A stretch of 64,000 bases of DNA from the NCBI GenBank assembly GCA_032718475.1, contig JAUCBJ010001197.1, positions 1 to 64,000 of the forward strand, written 5' to 3'. This DNA comes from Nemertoderma westbladi. Lineage: Eukaryota; Animalia; Xenacoelomorpha. Shown piece after piece: positions 1 to 12,400 of the stretch (the stretch's first letter is position 1; every line of letters begins with the position of its first letter). Position numbers and translations under genes: made by a program. A model generated the notes under the pieces. It was not told where the DNA came from, searched no databases, and saw only the letters and a list, made by a program, of their open reading frames with translations.

Positions 1-779
1 TTATACTAACTAAACTAACAAACCGCAAGGCCTACTTACCGAAATAAATTAACTTTCAGTTAAATACAATATACTTGTTTGCTCTGTAAAAATTTTAATT
101 AAAAACAATCCTGCCATTTAATATACCTAATTAGCATGGTTGCGTAAGCAGTATGAATTGGAATGAAATTGTGAAATAATTTATTTAAACTATTATGTAC
201 ATTTAGATTAAATAATAATACAGTAAGTTGGCCTACAGAAATAAACATTGATATTCGGAACAGTAAAACAATTATTTATTTCATTCATTCAACTAACCAG
301 AGAGACTCATAGCTCCAGTGAATATTAACATCCCGACGTTACTTTAGTAATAATATTAATGTCATTGAACCCGATACACACACACCTCCAATCAGCCAGT
401 TCAATGGAGAGTGAGTGAATGGATGGCTACTAGCAGCAGCAGCAGTCTGCCTCTTACAAGCAAGGCTGACTGAATACCTCAAGTGTTGCTGGGAATGAAG
501 CCAACTTGGATGTTAACCAATAAATGAGCAGTATTTAATGAGAATACATTTTTTATGCCGGTTTAATTACTTTAGATCAATTAAAGACACGATTATTAAA
601 GCAAATCACTTGAACTAATTAAAAACTATAATAGAATGGAGTATGCGGATTACATCTGTATATTTTTTAAGTATAATTATTGAAGTCTTATACTGTAAAA
701 CAATTAATTTCCTTTAAAAGGCAGGTTGAAAATGGTGTTTTTACCGTAATCAACTTAATTAACTAATTAACTGCTATTA

Positions 780-1012
780 TCTTAGCTTCTCGAAGGCCAC
801 ACGGAAATTCTACTTGGAAAATTTCTAAACTTTTGCCATACAACATGTGTACCAAGTTTGGATAGATTTCATCAAAGATTGGCCGAGTTATTAACGTTTA
901 AAATTGAACACGACAGAACGACAGAACGACAGAACGACAGAACGACAGAACGACAGGTTGATTAATGGTACCACTACGCTAAGGCTCACTCACTTCGTGG
1001 CTCGCCCCACAA
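780..1012. mobile_element. Possible non-autonomous Helentron/HINE (DINE-like) element remnant
   Basis: Contains a taccaagtttg block, an internal (acgacaga)n microsatellite and a terminal short hairpin motif gctaaggctcactcacttcgtggctcgccccac. This layout is typical of HINE/DINE elements. Boundaries are approximate. Confidence 0.4.
910..956. repeat. 8-bp microsatellite (acgacaga) x ~6
   Basis: Perfect tandem copies read directly. Confidence 0.95.
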
Positions 1013-1295
1013 TGACTCAATATTCGATATGTCATTAGTTTCCAATATTTAGTGACTTACATAGTTTAATTTAGTTTAACAGAAAATCTAATTAAATTCC
1101 AAAGCACATCACTGTTATTAGCTCACGGAAAAAATGTATGATTCTATGCCTTATGTAAATTACCAAAACTGTTGAATCAACTATATAATTTATTAAAATA
1201 CCGGTATATAAATGATAAACACTAACTCATAGAGCCGCCAGGCTCCTCTGGTTACTATCGCGGAAGAGGTCATGTCTCCGAAGCGAAGATCATGA

Positions 1296-1400
1296 ATGTT
1301 GGGGGAGGATTTATCGAGAACTAACATTCGGCCATCATAGTTTGGATGTTGGGGCAGGATTCATCTAGAACTAACATTCGGCCATCATAGTTTGGATGTT
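1296..1400. repeat. 50-bp tandem duplication (2 copies)
   Basis: atgttgggg...gaactaacattcggccatcatagtttgg starts at 1296 and again at 1346. Confidence 0.9.
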
Positions 1401-1560
1401 CGAATATCGCGATTGTTGCCTCATCACCATGAGCTGTTACCGTTCGAGCACTGTAAATATTATGTTTAATGTACGTTTAAAGCTCAACAAATATTAACTG
1501 TCATAAAGTGTAAAATTGTAATAAATATTCGAGAACACTAAATTATTTAACATTGAGTAA

Positions 1561-1745
1561 GGCCGCGTTCACACTACCGAGTCAAAGTCAAAAGACAAAA
1601 TGTTAAATCACAAAACATGAAATTTAATTTTTTCTAGAATCCCCTTATATATTATATTAGGCCTATATAATGTATTATTATTTATTATTGCTAGCTAACT
1701 ATATTTATTTTATTTTGACTTTGACTCGGTAGTGTGAACGCGGCC
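1561..1745. mobile_element. PIF/Harbinger-type MITE (185 bp)
   Basis: Perfect 33-bp TIRs ggccgcgttcacactaccgagtcaaagtcaaaa (1561-1593 and 1713-1745). TAA target-site duplication at 1558-1560 and 1746-1748. AT-rich non-coding interior. Confidence 0.88.
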
Positions 1746-1835
1746 TAACAATGACTCGGTAGTGTGAACGCGGCCTAAGGCAGCATCAGGATTTGAGAAA
1801 TACAATAATTTGAATCGCAGTAACTATGGAAGCAA

Positions 1836-2242
1836 TATAGTAAAACACTACAGTTCAATTTATTTTGTGTAACATTATATATATGGCTCTATATTATAGT
1901 AAAACACTACAGTTCAATTTATTTTGTGTAACATTATATATATGGCTCTATATTATAGTAAAACACTACAGTTCAATTTATTTTGTGTAACATTATATAT
2001 ATGGCTCTATATTATAGTAAAACACTACAGTTCAATTTATTTTGTGTAACATTATATATATGGCTTTATATTATAGTAAAACACTACAGTTCAATTTATT
2101 TTGTGTAACATTATGGCTCTATATTATAGTAAAACACTACAGTTCAATTTATTTTGTGTAACATTATGGCTCTATATTATAGTAAAACACTACAGTTCAA
2201 TTTATTTTGTGTAACATTATATATATGGCTCTATATTATATA
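1836..2242. repeat. 59-bp AT-rich minisatellite (~7 copies, two 53-bp variants)
   Basis: Unit tatagtaaaacactacagttcaatttattttgtgtaacattatatatatggctctatat, starting at 1836, 1895, 1954, 2013, 2072 and onward. Confidence 0.95.
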
Positions 2243-2766
2243 GAATTGAGCAACTATAAGTAAATATTTATATTCAAAAAGTAGATATTTAAGAAATAAT
2301 AAATAATAATATTTTATTAATTAAATATAATATAAGATAAAACTAATCAAGATATTCTTACTTATGTAAAATTAAATTAGTAGTATTACCCACCTTGTTA
2401 AAGAGTTGTCAACAAGTACCCATTTGTGTAATTTCCAGGTTTTAGTATCGCTTTTCTGCCTCTATATATTTAAGATGGCTGATTTATCAAGACAATTACA
2501 AAGTATTTATTTGAAAACCATCACTAATTTTCAAATTCACAATATGGAAGAATAATAATATAGAAGAATCTATTATATGACAACGACACAGACCACACAA
2601 CTTTGAAACATAATAATAAATTTATTAAACGGAAATTAAAAAAAAAGTATTCAAGTTCGTGAATTAAAATTAAATAAAATCTACTATAGGAGTAAAAAAG
2701 TGTAAGAAAAGTAAGTTGAGTTTTTTTGTTGTTTTTTTATTATTATATTGGTTGTTTCTTTACTAG

Positions 2767-2893
2767 CGAGGCCAATCAAGGATCTAGATGACATTCGCAA
2801 CGCCATGTCGTCTCTATTCGAGATTCGTGATCAACAGATACCCATAGATATGACAATTCAACCGATTGAGGAAGCTTATTCAATACTAAACCG
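2767..2893 (+). CDS. DNAH5: Internal exon A of an axonemal outer-arm dynein heavy chain (DNAH5/DNAH8 type), tail region
   Basis: Acceptor ttgtttctttactag| and donor cg|gtaagg. Encodes [41 protein letters not shown](R), which matches the recalled DNAH5 segment [19 protein letters not shown]....PIEE.Y..LNR. Not in the ORF track. DNAH5 versus DNAH8 cannot be resolved here. Confidence 0.88.
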
Positions 2894-3125
2894 GTAAGGA
2901 TTTAATGGCTAGCTATAAGGGTAATGGTAGAGTAGAGTGGAGTGGGCTTCCCAAGGGAGAAGATTAGGCCATTTGTGATGGCGGGGGAAAAATATAAAAC
3001 TTTGCATTGTAAAACGTATTTTAGAAAAAAAAAAAATTTTACAGAACAGGCTATGTAGGATGGATGTCTTACAAATAATAATGGGCACGTTCGATAGCAC
3101 ATACCTAAATGTAAGGTTTTATAGC

Positions 3126-5070
3126 TGGTGGGCGACTCTGTTGGGCGACTTTGTTGGGCGACTCTGCTGGGCCACTCTGGTGGGCGACTCTGGTGGGCGA
3201 CTCTGATGTGCCATTCTGTTGGGCGACTCTGGTGGGCCACTCTGGTGGGCGACTCTGGTGGGCGACTCTGGTGGGTGACTCTGGTGGGCCACTCTGATGG
3301 GCCACTCTGGTGGGCGACTCTGACGTATCACTCTGGTGGGCGACTCTGGTTGGCGACTCTGATGGGCCACTCTGATGGGCCATTCTGGAGGCGACTCTGA
3401 TGGGCCACTTTTGTGGGCGACTCTGGTGGGCGACTCTGATGTGCCATTCTGGTGGGCAACTTTGTTGGGCGACTCTGCTGGGCCACTCTGGTGGGCGACT
3501 CTGGTGGGTGACTTTCGTGGGCGACTTTGTTGGGTGACTCTGTTGGGCGACTCTGATGGGCCACTTTTGTGGGCGACTCTTGTGGGCCTTTCTGATGTGC
3601 CACTCTGGTGGGCGACTCTGGTGGGCGACTTTATTGGGCGACTCTGTTGGGCGACTTTGTTGGGCGACTCTGTTGGGTTACACTGTATATTACAGAACAA
3701 TATTGCGTCCAATACACAAGTACTGAGCACTACGAATCGTTGATACCGTTATATATATTGCTGTATTTTTTTAGATTTGGTGTAACAACCAAATTAATTT
3801 ACTTATTTTTGAGGTACTGATTATTTTTGATGTATTTTGGTGGGCGACTCTGGTGGGCGACTCTGGTCGGGCAACTCTGGTGGGCGACTCTGGTGGGCCA
3901 CTCTGATGTGCCACACTGGTGGGCGACTCTGATGAGCCCCTTTTGTGGGCAACTCTGGTGGGCCACTCTGATGTGCCACACTGGTGGGCTACTCTGGTGG
4001 GCGACTTTATTGGGCGACTCTGTTGGGTTACACTGTATATTACAGGACAATATTGCGTCCAATACACAAGTACTGAGCACTACGAATCGTTGATACCGTT
4101 ATATATATTGCTGTATTTTTTTAGATTTGGTGTAACAACCAAATTAATTTACTTATTTTTGATGTACTGATTATTTTTGATGTATTTTGATGGGCGACTC
4201 TGGTGGGCGACTCTGGTCGGGCAACTCTGGTGGGCGACTCTGATGTGCCATTCTGGTGGGCGACTCTGGTGAGCGACTTTGTTGGGCGACTCTGATGGGC
4301 CACTTTTGTGGGCGACTCTGGTGGGCCACTCTGATGTGCCACTCTGGTGGGCGACTTTATTGGGCGACTCTGGTGGGCGACTTTATTGGACGACTCTGTT
4401 GGGTTACACTGTATATTACAGAACAATATTGCGTCCAATACACAAGTACTGAGCACTACGAATCGTTGATACCGTTATATCTATTGCTGTATTTTTTTAG
4501 ATTTGGTGTAACAACCAAATTAATTTACTTATTTTTGATGTACTGATTATTTTTGATGTATTTTGATGGGCGACTCTAGTGGGCGACTCTGGTCGGGCAA
4601 CTCTGGTGGGCGACTCTGGTCGGGCAACTCTGGTGGGCGACTCTGATGTGCCATTCTGGTGGGCGACTCTGGTGAGCGACTTTGTTGGGCGACTCTGATG
4701 GGCCACTTTTGTGGGCGACTCTGGTGGGCCACTTTTGTGGGCGACTCTGGTGGGCCACTCTGATGTGCCACTCTGGTGGGCGACTTTATTGGGCGACTCT
4801 GGTGGGCGACGTTGTTGGGCGACTCTGATGGGCCACTTTTGTGGGCGACTCTGGTGGGCCACTCTGATGTGCCACTCTGGTGGGCGACTTTATTGGGCGA
4901 CTCTGGTGGGCGACTTTATTGGACGACTCTGTTGGGTTACACTGTATATTACAGAACAATATTGCGTCCAATACACAAGTACTGAGCACTACGAATCGTT
5001 GATACCGTTATATATATTGCTGTATTTTTTTAGATTTGGTGTAACAACCAAATTAATTACTTATTTTTGA
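3126..5070. repeat. Composite tandem repeat in the intron between exons A and B: 13-bp GC-rich minisatellite (tgggcgactctgg) blocks alternating with a ~140-160-bp AT-rich segment, 4 copies
   Basis: The AT-rich segment gggttacactgtatattacag...aaccaaattaat recurs at about 3675, 4025, 4401 and 4934, separated by variable numbers of 13-mers. Confidence 0.92.
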
Positions 5071-5087
5071 TTAATTTTTTTTTTCAG

Positions 5088-5166
5088 TTACGAGTTACAT
5101 TTTAACGATGGTAACGCTGAGCGTGTTGATACCCTCGGTTACCAATGGCGGCAGTTACTGGCTCTC
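5088..5166 (+). CDS. DNAH5: Internal exon B of the same dynein heavy chain
   Basis: Poly-T tract plus cag| acceptor and |gtaagt donor. The first base completes the split Arg codon (CG|T) from exon A. Encodes YELHFNDGNAERVDTLGYQWRQLLAL (DNAH5-like ..VDTL.Y.W..LLA). Confidence 0.88.
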
Positions 5167-5319
5167 GTAAGTATAGAAGACTTTAGCTTGTTTGTATTAC
5201 AGAATCTACTAAAATACCTATTCTTTGTTGTTATTTTTGTTTTTATTTGTTATTACTTATGTTATTTATATTAGTTCTTTATGTAGTCAGCCATAGATTA
5301 ATATCATAGATAACGGGAA

Positions 5320-5340
5320 GGGGGGGGGGGGGGGGGGGGG
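5320..5340 (+). repeat. Poly-G run (21 nt)
   Basis: Read directly. Confidence 0.9.
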
Positions 5341-5769
5341 TCTTGACGCAAAGACGTAAATCCCATCTCGGCGAATTAACAATCTAATTATAAATTTAGG
5401 GAATGGACCGGGTTACAGTGGCAAGTTTTCTAACCAAAACAATAAACTAAAGTCAATAGCGCAGGTTACAGTAAACGTTTTTCTATAAATCAGCTATTAT
5501 TTGAGTTGATTTTGCCGTGAAGATAATTTATGATAGGCTCAGGAACCCCCATCCCTGCGGGACCAGATACTATGTTTCTGCAAGATTTACCAAAAAAATG
5601 CTCTTATAAGATTTCATCTTATCGGCCTAGTTTTGAAGAAATAACAAACTGTTATTTACCGAATATATAACTCAAATGAAATAAAATTCCAACAGGCTTT
5701 AGATGACCGAAAACCTCTTCAAATCAACTAACAACAACAAATATATTATAAGCAACCTTAGCGTTTATT

Positions 5770-7200
5770 TATAGCGACCCAGAACTTATAGCAACCCAGT
5801 ACTTATAGCGACCCCGTACTTATAGCAACCCAGTACTTATAGCAACCCAGTACTTATAGCAACCCAGTACTTATAGCAACCCAGTACTTATAGCAACCCA
5901 GTACTTATAGCAACCCAGTACTTATAGCAACCCAGTACTTATAGCGACCCAGTACTTATAGCAACCCAGTACTTATAGCAACCCAGTACTTATAGCGACC
6001 CAGTACTTATAGCAACCCAGTACTTATAGCAACCCAGTACTTATAGCGACCCCGTACTTATAGCAACCCAGTACTTATAGCGACCCAGTACTTATAGCAA
6101 CCCAGTACTTATAGCGACCCAGTACTTATAGCAACCCAGTACTTATAGCAACCCAGTACTTATAGAAACCCAGTACTTATAGCGACCCAGTACTTATAGC
6201 AACCCAGTACTTATAGCAACCCAGTACTTATAGCGACCCCGTACTTATAGCAACCCAGTACTTATAGCGACCCCGTACTTATAGCAACCCAGTACTTATA
6301 GCGACCCAGTACTTATAGCAACCCAGTACTTATAGCAACCCAGTACTTATAGCAACCCAGTACTTATAGCGACCCCGTACTTATAGCAACCCAGTACTTA
6401 TAGCGACCCCGTACTTATAGCAACCCAGTACTTATAGCGACCCAGTACTTATAGCAACCCAGTACTTATAGCAACCCAGTACTTATAGCAACCCAGTACT
6501 TATAGCGACCCAGTACTTATAGCAACCCAGTACTTATAGCGACCCAGTACTTATAGCAACCCAGTACTTATAGCAACCCAGTACTTATAGCGACCCAGTA
6601 CTTATAGCAACCCAGTACTTATAGCAACCCAGTACTTATAGCAACCCAGTACTTATAGCAACCCAGTACTTATAGCGACCCAGTACTTATAGCGACCCAG
6701 TACTTATAGCAACCCCGTACTTATAGCAACCCAGTACTTATAGCGACCCAGTACTTATAGCGACCCAGTACTTATAGCGACCCAGTACTTATAGCGACCC
6801 AGTACTTATAGCAGCCCAGTACTTATAGCAACCCAGTACTTATAGCAACCCAGTACTTATAGCAACCCAGTACTTATAGCAACCCAGTACTTATAGCAAC
6901 CCAGTACTTATAGCAACCCAGTACTTATAGCAACCCAGTACTTATAGCAACCCAGTACTTATAGCAACCCAGTACTTATAGCAACCCAGTACTTATAGCA
7001 ACCCAGTACTTATAGCAACCCAGTACTTATAGCAACCCAGTACTTATAGCAACCCAGTACTTATAGCAACCCAGTACTTATAGCAACCCGTACTTATAGC
7101 AACCCAGTATTTATAGCAACCCAGTACTTATAGCAACCCAGTACTTATAGCAACCCAGTACTTATAGCAACCCAGTACTTATAGCGACCCAGTACTTATA
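5770..7200. repeat. 17-bp satellite (cttatagcaacccagta)n, block 1
   Basis: Tandem 17-mers with gcgaccc and ccccgta variants. Confidence 0.97.
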
Positions 7201-9455
7201 CTACTACTAGGATCGGCATGCTGCATTGCAGCTGCATTTTTAAGAATGCTGTGCCGGATTATCGACAAAATTGCACCGCCACAACTCCCTATCACCCATG
7301 ACATTTGCTAGATCATCCGCATCTTCAAGGCCAGTGTCCTTTAAGATGCGTCTCAAGAAAGTCATGGGCTGTCCACCATGCTTATTCACTCCATGAGGCT
7401 GCCAAAGTACAAGATTATGCACTGGTTGGTCCTCACGGCGAAAGCAATGTCCTGCAAAGCGGAGGCGATTTTGTTCTAGTGTCAAGCTTGGGGGATCCAA
7501 TGAGACACCTCCAATGTTATATAGTGTCTGGTTGGAGATGTGCACATTGTACTTGACACAATGAACCCGGCGTAGCATTCTTGTGAATGTGCCATCCAGA
7601 GATTTGGTGTCCTCAGCAGTTAGAGCCCAGCATGGACTCCCATAGAGGAGTACTGAAACTACTGCTGCTCTAAATAACCGGACCTTAAGTTTCCGATTAA
7701 TTCTCGGTGACTTCCAAATCCTGCGAAGCCTATTCAAGGCTGCCCATGCCTTTCCCTTACGTATTCGAAGGTCCTCACCTGACTTCCGGATCCATGATCC
7801 CAGGTAACAGAAGTCGTCCACATGCTCAAGCATACCATCCTTTGAGCTTATGCTCATCCGATCAGAGACTTGCTGAGGACTTTCAAAGTTAACTGTCAGA
7901 ATTTTGGTCTTTCTGGAGTTAATAAAAAGACCAACACTAGAAGCAGAATGTTCTAATGAACTGAGGAGCCGTTGGGCTCCCTCTAATGATTCTGAGAGTA
8001 CTCCTAGGTCATCAGCAAAGTCTAGATCAGTTAGGTACTTGGCAGGATTTCCTCGACTTCTGGAGCCAGTAGGTGGAGTTATCATCACCCCATCATCATT
8101 ATGATGATCTAAGGACATGCGTAGAACATAGTCAACCACAATAATGAACAAGAATGGTGCAAGTGTGTCTCCTTGGAGGACACCCCATAACACTTCAAAT
8201 GGTTCTGTGTCACCGTCAACAGTAGACACAAATGTTGTCGAACCATCGTATACTGATCTGATTGCTGCAATAATTTCATCAGGAATCCCATATAATGAAA
8301 GTATGCTGAACATACGTGAGCGAGAGACTGAATCAAAGGCCTTGAAGAAGTCAACAAAGATAACAGCCAGATGCCTGTCTTTCTTTTTTGATAATTCTTC
8401 AATTATCCTTCTAAGTGCCAAAATGGGCTCCATGGTCCCACGACCTTTACGGAACCCATTCTGATTTCCACGGAGCAGTCTCTCAATGGGATCCCTGATG
8501 CGATTTAATAGAATCCTATTGTATAGCTTTGCAGCAATCGAGATCAATGAGATTCCCCGAAAAGAACCATAGAGTGTTAGGTTGCTCTTCTTGGGAACTG
8601 GCACCAACTTATTTGTTTTCATTTCTTGTGGGACTCTTGTTGTTCGATACATGTCTACTATGATGGGATAGATGAGCTTTAAACACTCAGGTATTTTAAA
8701 GACCTCAGGGGGAACACCATCTACTCCACTGGCACGATTGGTCTTAATGCTCTTTGCAGCAGCCTTCACTTCTGCAAAGGAGATATCGCCAATGGGAATA
8801 TCTGGGAGTACAGACTCAGACACTTTTACTTCTATAAAGTTATCTGGCAATACCCTGTCATTATTGAGGAGCTTTTCAAAGTGGGCTTTCCAACCATTGA
8901 GGCGATCGGCTGGTGATTCAGCCTTAACCTTGGTGGTTGGTTGGCTTTTCCGCCCAGTAAGCAGATTGATCGATTTCCATGCCTGGGATGATTGCCTGCT
9001 GTCGTCAGCATCATTGATGGCATCAACCTGTTGGTTTATTAGCTCCTGTAGATTAATAGAGTACTGCCTGTTCAGGGACCTAGATGCAGCCTTAACTGCA
9101 TTCTTGGCCGCTAAAGTCTGTTTGAGTCGGGACTCTTTCTGCGCCTTATGAAGGTCGTTTCGGCACTTTTGAATTTTGTTGTCAGTCCAGGGGGCCCTGT
9201 TCCTGTTTCGAGGGTATACAGGAACTGTTTCTGCAGCTGCTAACTTAACTGCTTCTGTAAAGGCAGTATAGCCCTCACAGTGATCTGCCGCCTCAGAAGC
9301 AAGAGCCTCATACCTGTTACTCAGCTGTAGTGTGAAGATGGATCTCACACTCGGCTGTTGCAACAGAGAAGACCAGTCATGCCGCGGCAAGGCAGATTTC
9401 GTTGTTCTGCTAGCACGCAGACTGAGTCTTACCTTGGCCACAATAAGGCGGTAGG
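7201..9455 (-). mobile_element. 5'-truncated RTE-clade non-LTR retrotransposon inserted in the 17-bp satellite
   Basis: RT ORF on the - strand, short 3' UTR ending in a (TAG)3 tail. Satellite phase is shifted by a duplicated cagtacttata (7190-7200 and 9456-9466; 11-bp TSD, modulo 17). Confidence 0.9.
7240..9441 (-). CDS. RTE-type ORF fragment: reverse transcriptase plus C-terminal domain, APE endonuclease missing
   Basis: Motifs NQNGFRKGRGT, FVDFFKAFDSV, GVLQGDTLAPFLF, LDFADD, FCYLGS, VLLYGSPCW and RLRFAGH. The frame runs into the junction at RLIVAKVRL, the segment that normally follows the APE SDH motif. Confidence 0.9.
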   Translation of the reverse strand: MAKVRLSLRASRTTKSALPRHDWSSLLQQPSVRSIFTLQLSNRYEALASEAADHCEGYTAFTEAVKLAAAETVPVYPRNRNRAPWTDNKIQKCRNDLHKAQKESRLKQTLAAKNAVKAASRSLNRQYSINLQELINQQVDAINDADDSRQSSQAWKSINLLTGRKSQPTTKVKAESPADRLNGWKAHFEKLLNNDRVLPDNFIEVKVSESVLPDIPIGDISFAEVKAAAKSIKTNRASGVDGVPPEVFKIPECLKLIYPIIVDMYRTTRVPQEMKTNKLVPVPKKSNLTLYGSFRGISLISIAAKLYNRILLNRIRDPIERLLRGNQNGFRKGRGTMEPILALRRIIEELSKKKDRHLAVIFVDFFKAFDSVSRSRMFSILSLYGIPDEIIAAIRSVYDGSTTFVSTVDGDTEPFEVLWGVLQGDTLAPFLFIIVVDYVLRMSLDHHNDDGVMITPPTGSRSRGNPAKYLTDLDFADDLGVLSESLEGAQRLLSSLEHSASSVGLFINSRKTKILTVNFESPQQVSDRMSISSKDGMLEHVDDFCYLGSWIRKSGEDLRIRKGKAWAALNRLRRIWKSPRINRKLKVRLFRAAVVSVLLYGSPCWALTAEDTKSLDGTFTRMLRRVHCVKYNVHISNQTLYNIGGVSLDPPSLTLEQNRLRFAGHCFRREDQPVHNLVLWQPHGVNKHGGQPMTFLRRILKDTGLEDADDLANVMGDRELWRCNFVDNPAQHS

Positions 9456-12400
9456 CAGTACTTATAGCAACCCAGTACTTATAGCAACCCGTACTTATAG
9501 CAGCCCAGTACTTATAGCAATCCAGTACTTATAGCAACCCAGTACTTATAGCAACCCAGTACTTATAGCAACCCAGTACTTATAGCAACCCAGTACTTAT
9601 AGCAACCCGTACTTATAGCAACCCAATACTTATAGCAACCCAGTACTTATAGCAACCCAGTACTTATAGCGACCCAGTACTTATAGCAACCCAGTACTTA
9701 TAGCAACCCAGTACTTATAGCAACCCAGTACTTATAGCGACCCACTTCTTAAAGCAACCCGGTACTTATAGCAACCCGGTACTTATAGCAACCCAGTACT
9801 TATAGCAACCCAGTACTTATAGCAACCCAGTACTTATAGCAACCCGTACTTATAGCAACCCAGTATTTATAGCAACCCAGTACTTATAGCAATCCAGTAC
9901 TTATAGCAACCCAGTACTTATAGCAACCCAGTACTTATAGCAACCCAGTACTTATAGCAACCCAGTACTTATAGCAACCCAGTACTTATAGAAACCCAAT
10001 ACTTATAGCAACCCAGTACTTATAGCAACCCAATACTTATAGCAACCCAGTACTTATAGCGACCCACTACTTATAGCAACCCAGTACTTATAGCAACCCG
10101 TACTTATAGCAACCCAGTATTTATAGCAACCCAGTACTTATAGCAACCCAGTACTTATAGCAACCCAGTACTTATAGCAACCCAGTACTTATAGCAGCCC
10201 AGTACTTATAGCGACCCAGTACTTATAGCAACCCAGTACTTATAGCAACCCGTACTTATAGCAGCCCAGTCAGTACTTATAGCAACCCAGTACTTATAGC
10301 AACCCAGTACTTATAGCAACCCAGTACTTATAGCAACCCAGTACTTATAGCAACCCAGTACTTATAGCAACCCGTACTTATAGCAACCCAATACTTATAG
10401 CAACCCAGTACTTATAGCAACCCAGTACTTATAGCGACCCAGTACTTATAGCAACCCAGTACTTATAGCAACCCAGTACTTATAGCAACCCAGTACTTAT
10501 AGCGACCCACTTCTTAAAGCAACCCGGTACTTATAGCAACCCGGTACTTATAGCGACCCCGTACTTATAGCAACCCAGTACATATAGCGACCCCGTACTT
10601 ATAGCAACCCAGTACTTATAGCAACCCAATACTTATAGCAACCCAATACTTATAGCAACCCAGTACTTATAGCGACCCATTACTTATAGCAACCCAGTAC
10701 TTATAGCAACCCAGTACTTATAGCAACCCAGTACTTATAGCAACCCAGTACTTATAGCGACCCCGTACTTATAGCAACCCAGTACTTATAGCAACCCAGT
10801 ACTTATAGCAACCCAGTACTTATAGCAACCCAGTACTTATAGCAACCCAGTACTTATAGCAACCCAGTACTTATAGCAACCCAGTACTTATAGCAACCCA
10901 GTACTTATAGCAACCCAGTACTTATAGCAACCCAGTACTTATAGCAACCCAGTACTTATAGCAACCCAGTACTTATAGCAACCCAGTACTTATAGCAACC
11001 CAGTACTTATAGCAACCCGGTACTTATAGCGACCCCGTACTTATAGCAACCCAGTACATATAGCGACCCCGTACTTATAGCAACCCAGTACTTATAGCAA
11101 CCCAATACTTATAGCAACCCAATACTTATAGCAACCCAGTACTTATAGCGACCCATTACTTATAGCAACCCAGTACTTATAGCAACCCAGTACTTATAGC
11201 AACCCAGTACTTATAGCAACCCAGTACTTATAGCGACCCCGTACTTATAGCAACCCAGTACTTATAGCAACCCAGTACTTATAGCAACCCAGTACTTATA
11301 GCAACCCAGTACTTATAGCAACCCAGTACTTATAGCAACCCAGTACTTATAGCAACCCAGTACTTATAGCAACCCAGTACTTATAGCAACCCAGTACTTA
11401 TAGCAACCCAGTACTTATAGAAACCCAGTACTTATAGCAACCCAGTACTTATAGCAACCCAGTACTTATAGCAACCCAGTACTTACAGCAACCCAGTACT
11501 TATAGCAACCCAGTACTTATAGCGACCCAGTACTTATAGCAACCCAGTACTTACAGCAACCCAGTACTTATAGCAACCCAGTACTTATAGCGACCCAGTA
11601 CTTATAGCAACCCAGTACTTATAGCAACCCAGTACTTATAGCAACCCAGTACTTATAGCAACCCAGTACTTATAGCAACCCAGTACTTATAGCAACCCAG
11701 TACTTATAGCAACCCAGTACTTATAGCAACCCAGTACTTACAGCAACCCAGTACTTATAGCAACCCAGTACTTATAGCGACCCAGTACTTATAGCAACCC
11801 AGTACTTATAGCAACCCAGTACTTATAGCAACCCAGTACTTATAGCAACCCAGTACTTATAGCAACCCAATACTTATAGCAACCCAGTACTTATAGCAAC
11901 CCAGTACTTATAGCGACCCAGTACTTATAGCAACCCAGTACTTATAGCAACCCAGTACTTATAGCAACCCAGTACTTATAGCAACCCAGTACTTATAGCA
12001 ACCCAGTACTTATAGCAACCCAGTACTTATAGCAACCCAGTACTTATAGCAACCCAGTACTTATAGCAACCCAGTACTTATAGCAACCCAGTACTTATAG
12101 AAACCCAATACTTATAGCAACCCAGTACTTATAGCAACCCAATACTTATAGCAACCCAGTACTTATAGCGACCCACTACTTATAGCAACCCAGTACTTAT
12201 AGCAACCCGTACTTATAGCAACCCAGTATTTATAGCAACCCAGTACTTATAGCAACCCAGTACTTATAGCAACCCAGTACTTATAGCAACCCAGTACTTA
12301 TAGCAACCCAGTACTTATAGCAACCCAGTACTTATAGCAACCCAGTACTTATAGCAACCCAGTACTTATAGCAACCCAGTACTTATAGCAACCCAGTACT

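Noticed and set aside
2902-5070. Many overlapping ORFs (VAHQSRPPESPT.../WWATL...)
   Set aside because: Translations of the 13-bp minisatellite, which lacks stops in several frames; they lie within a dynein intron.
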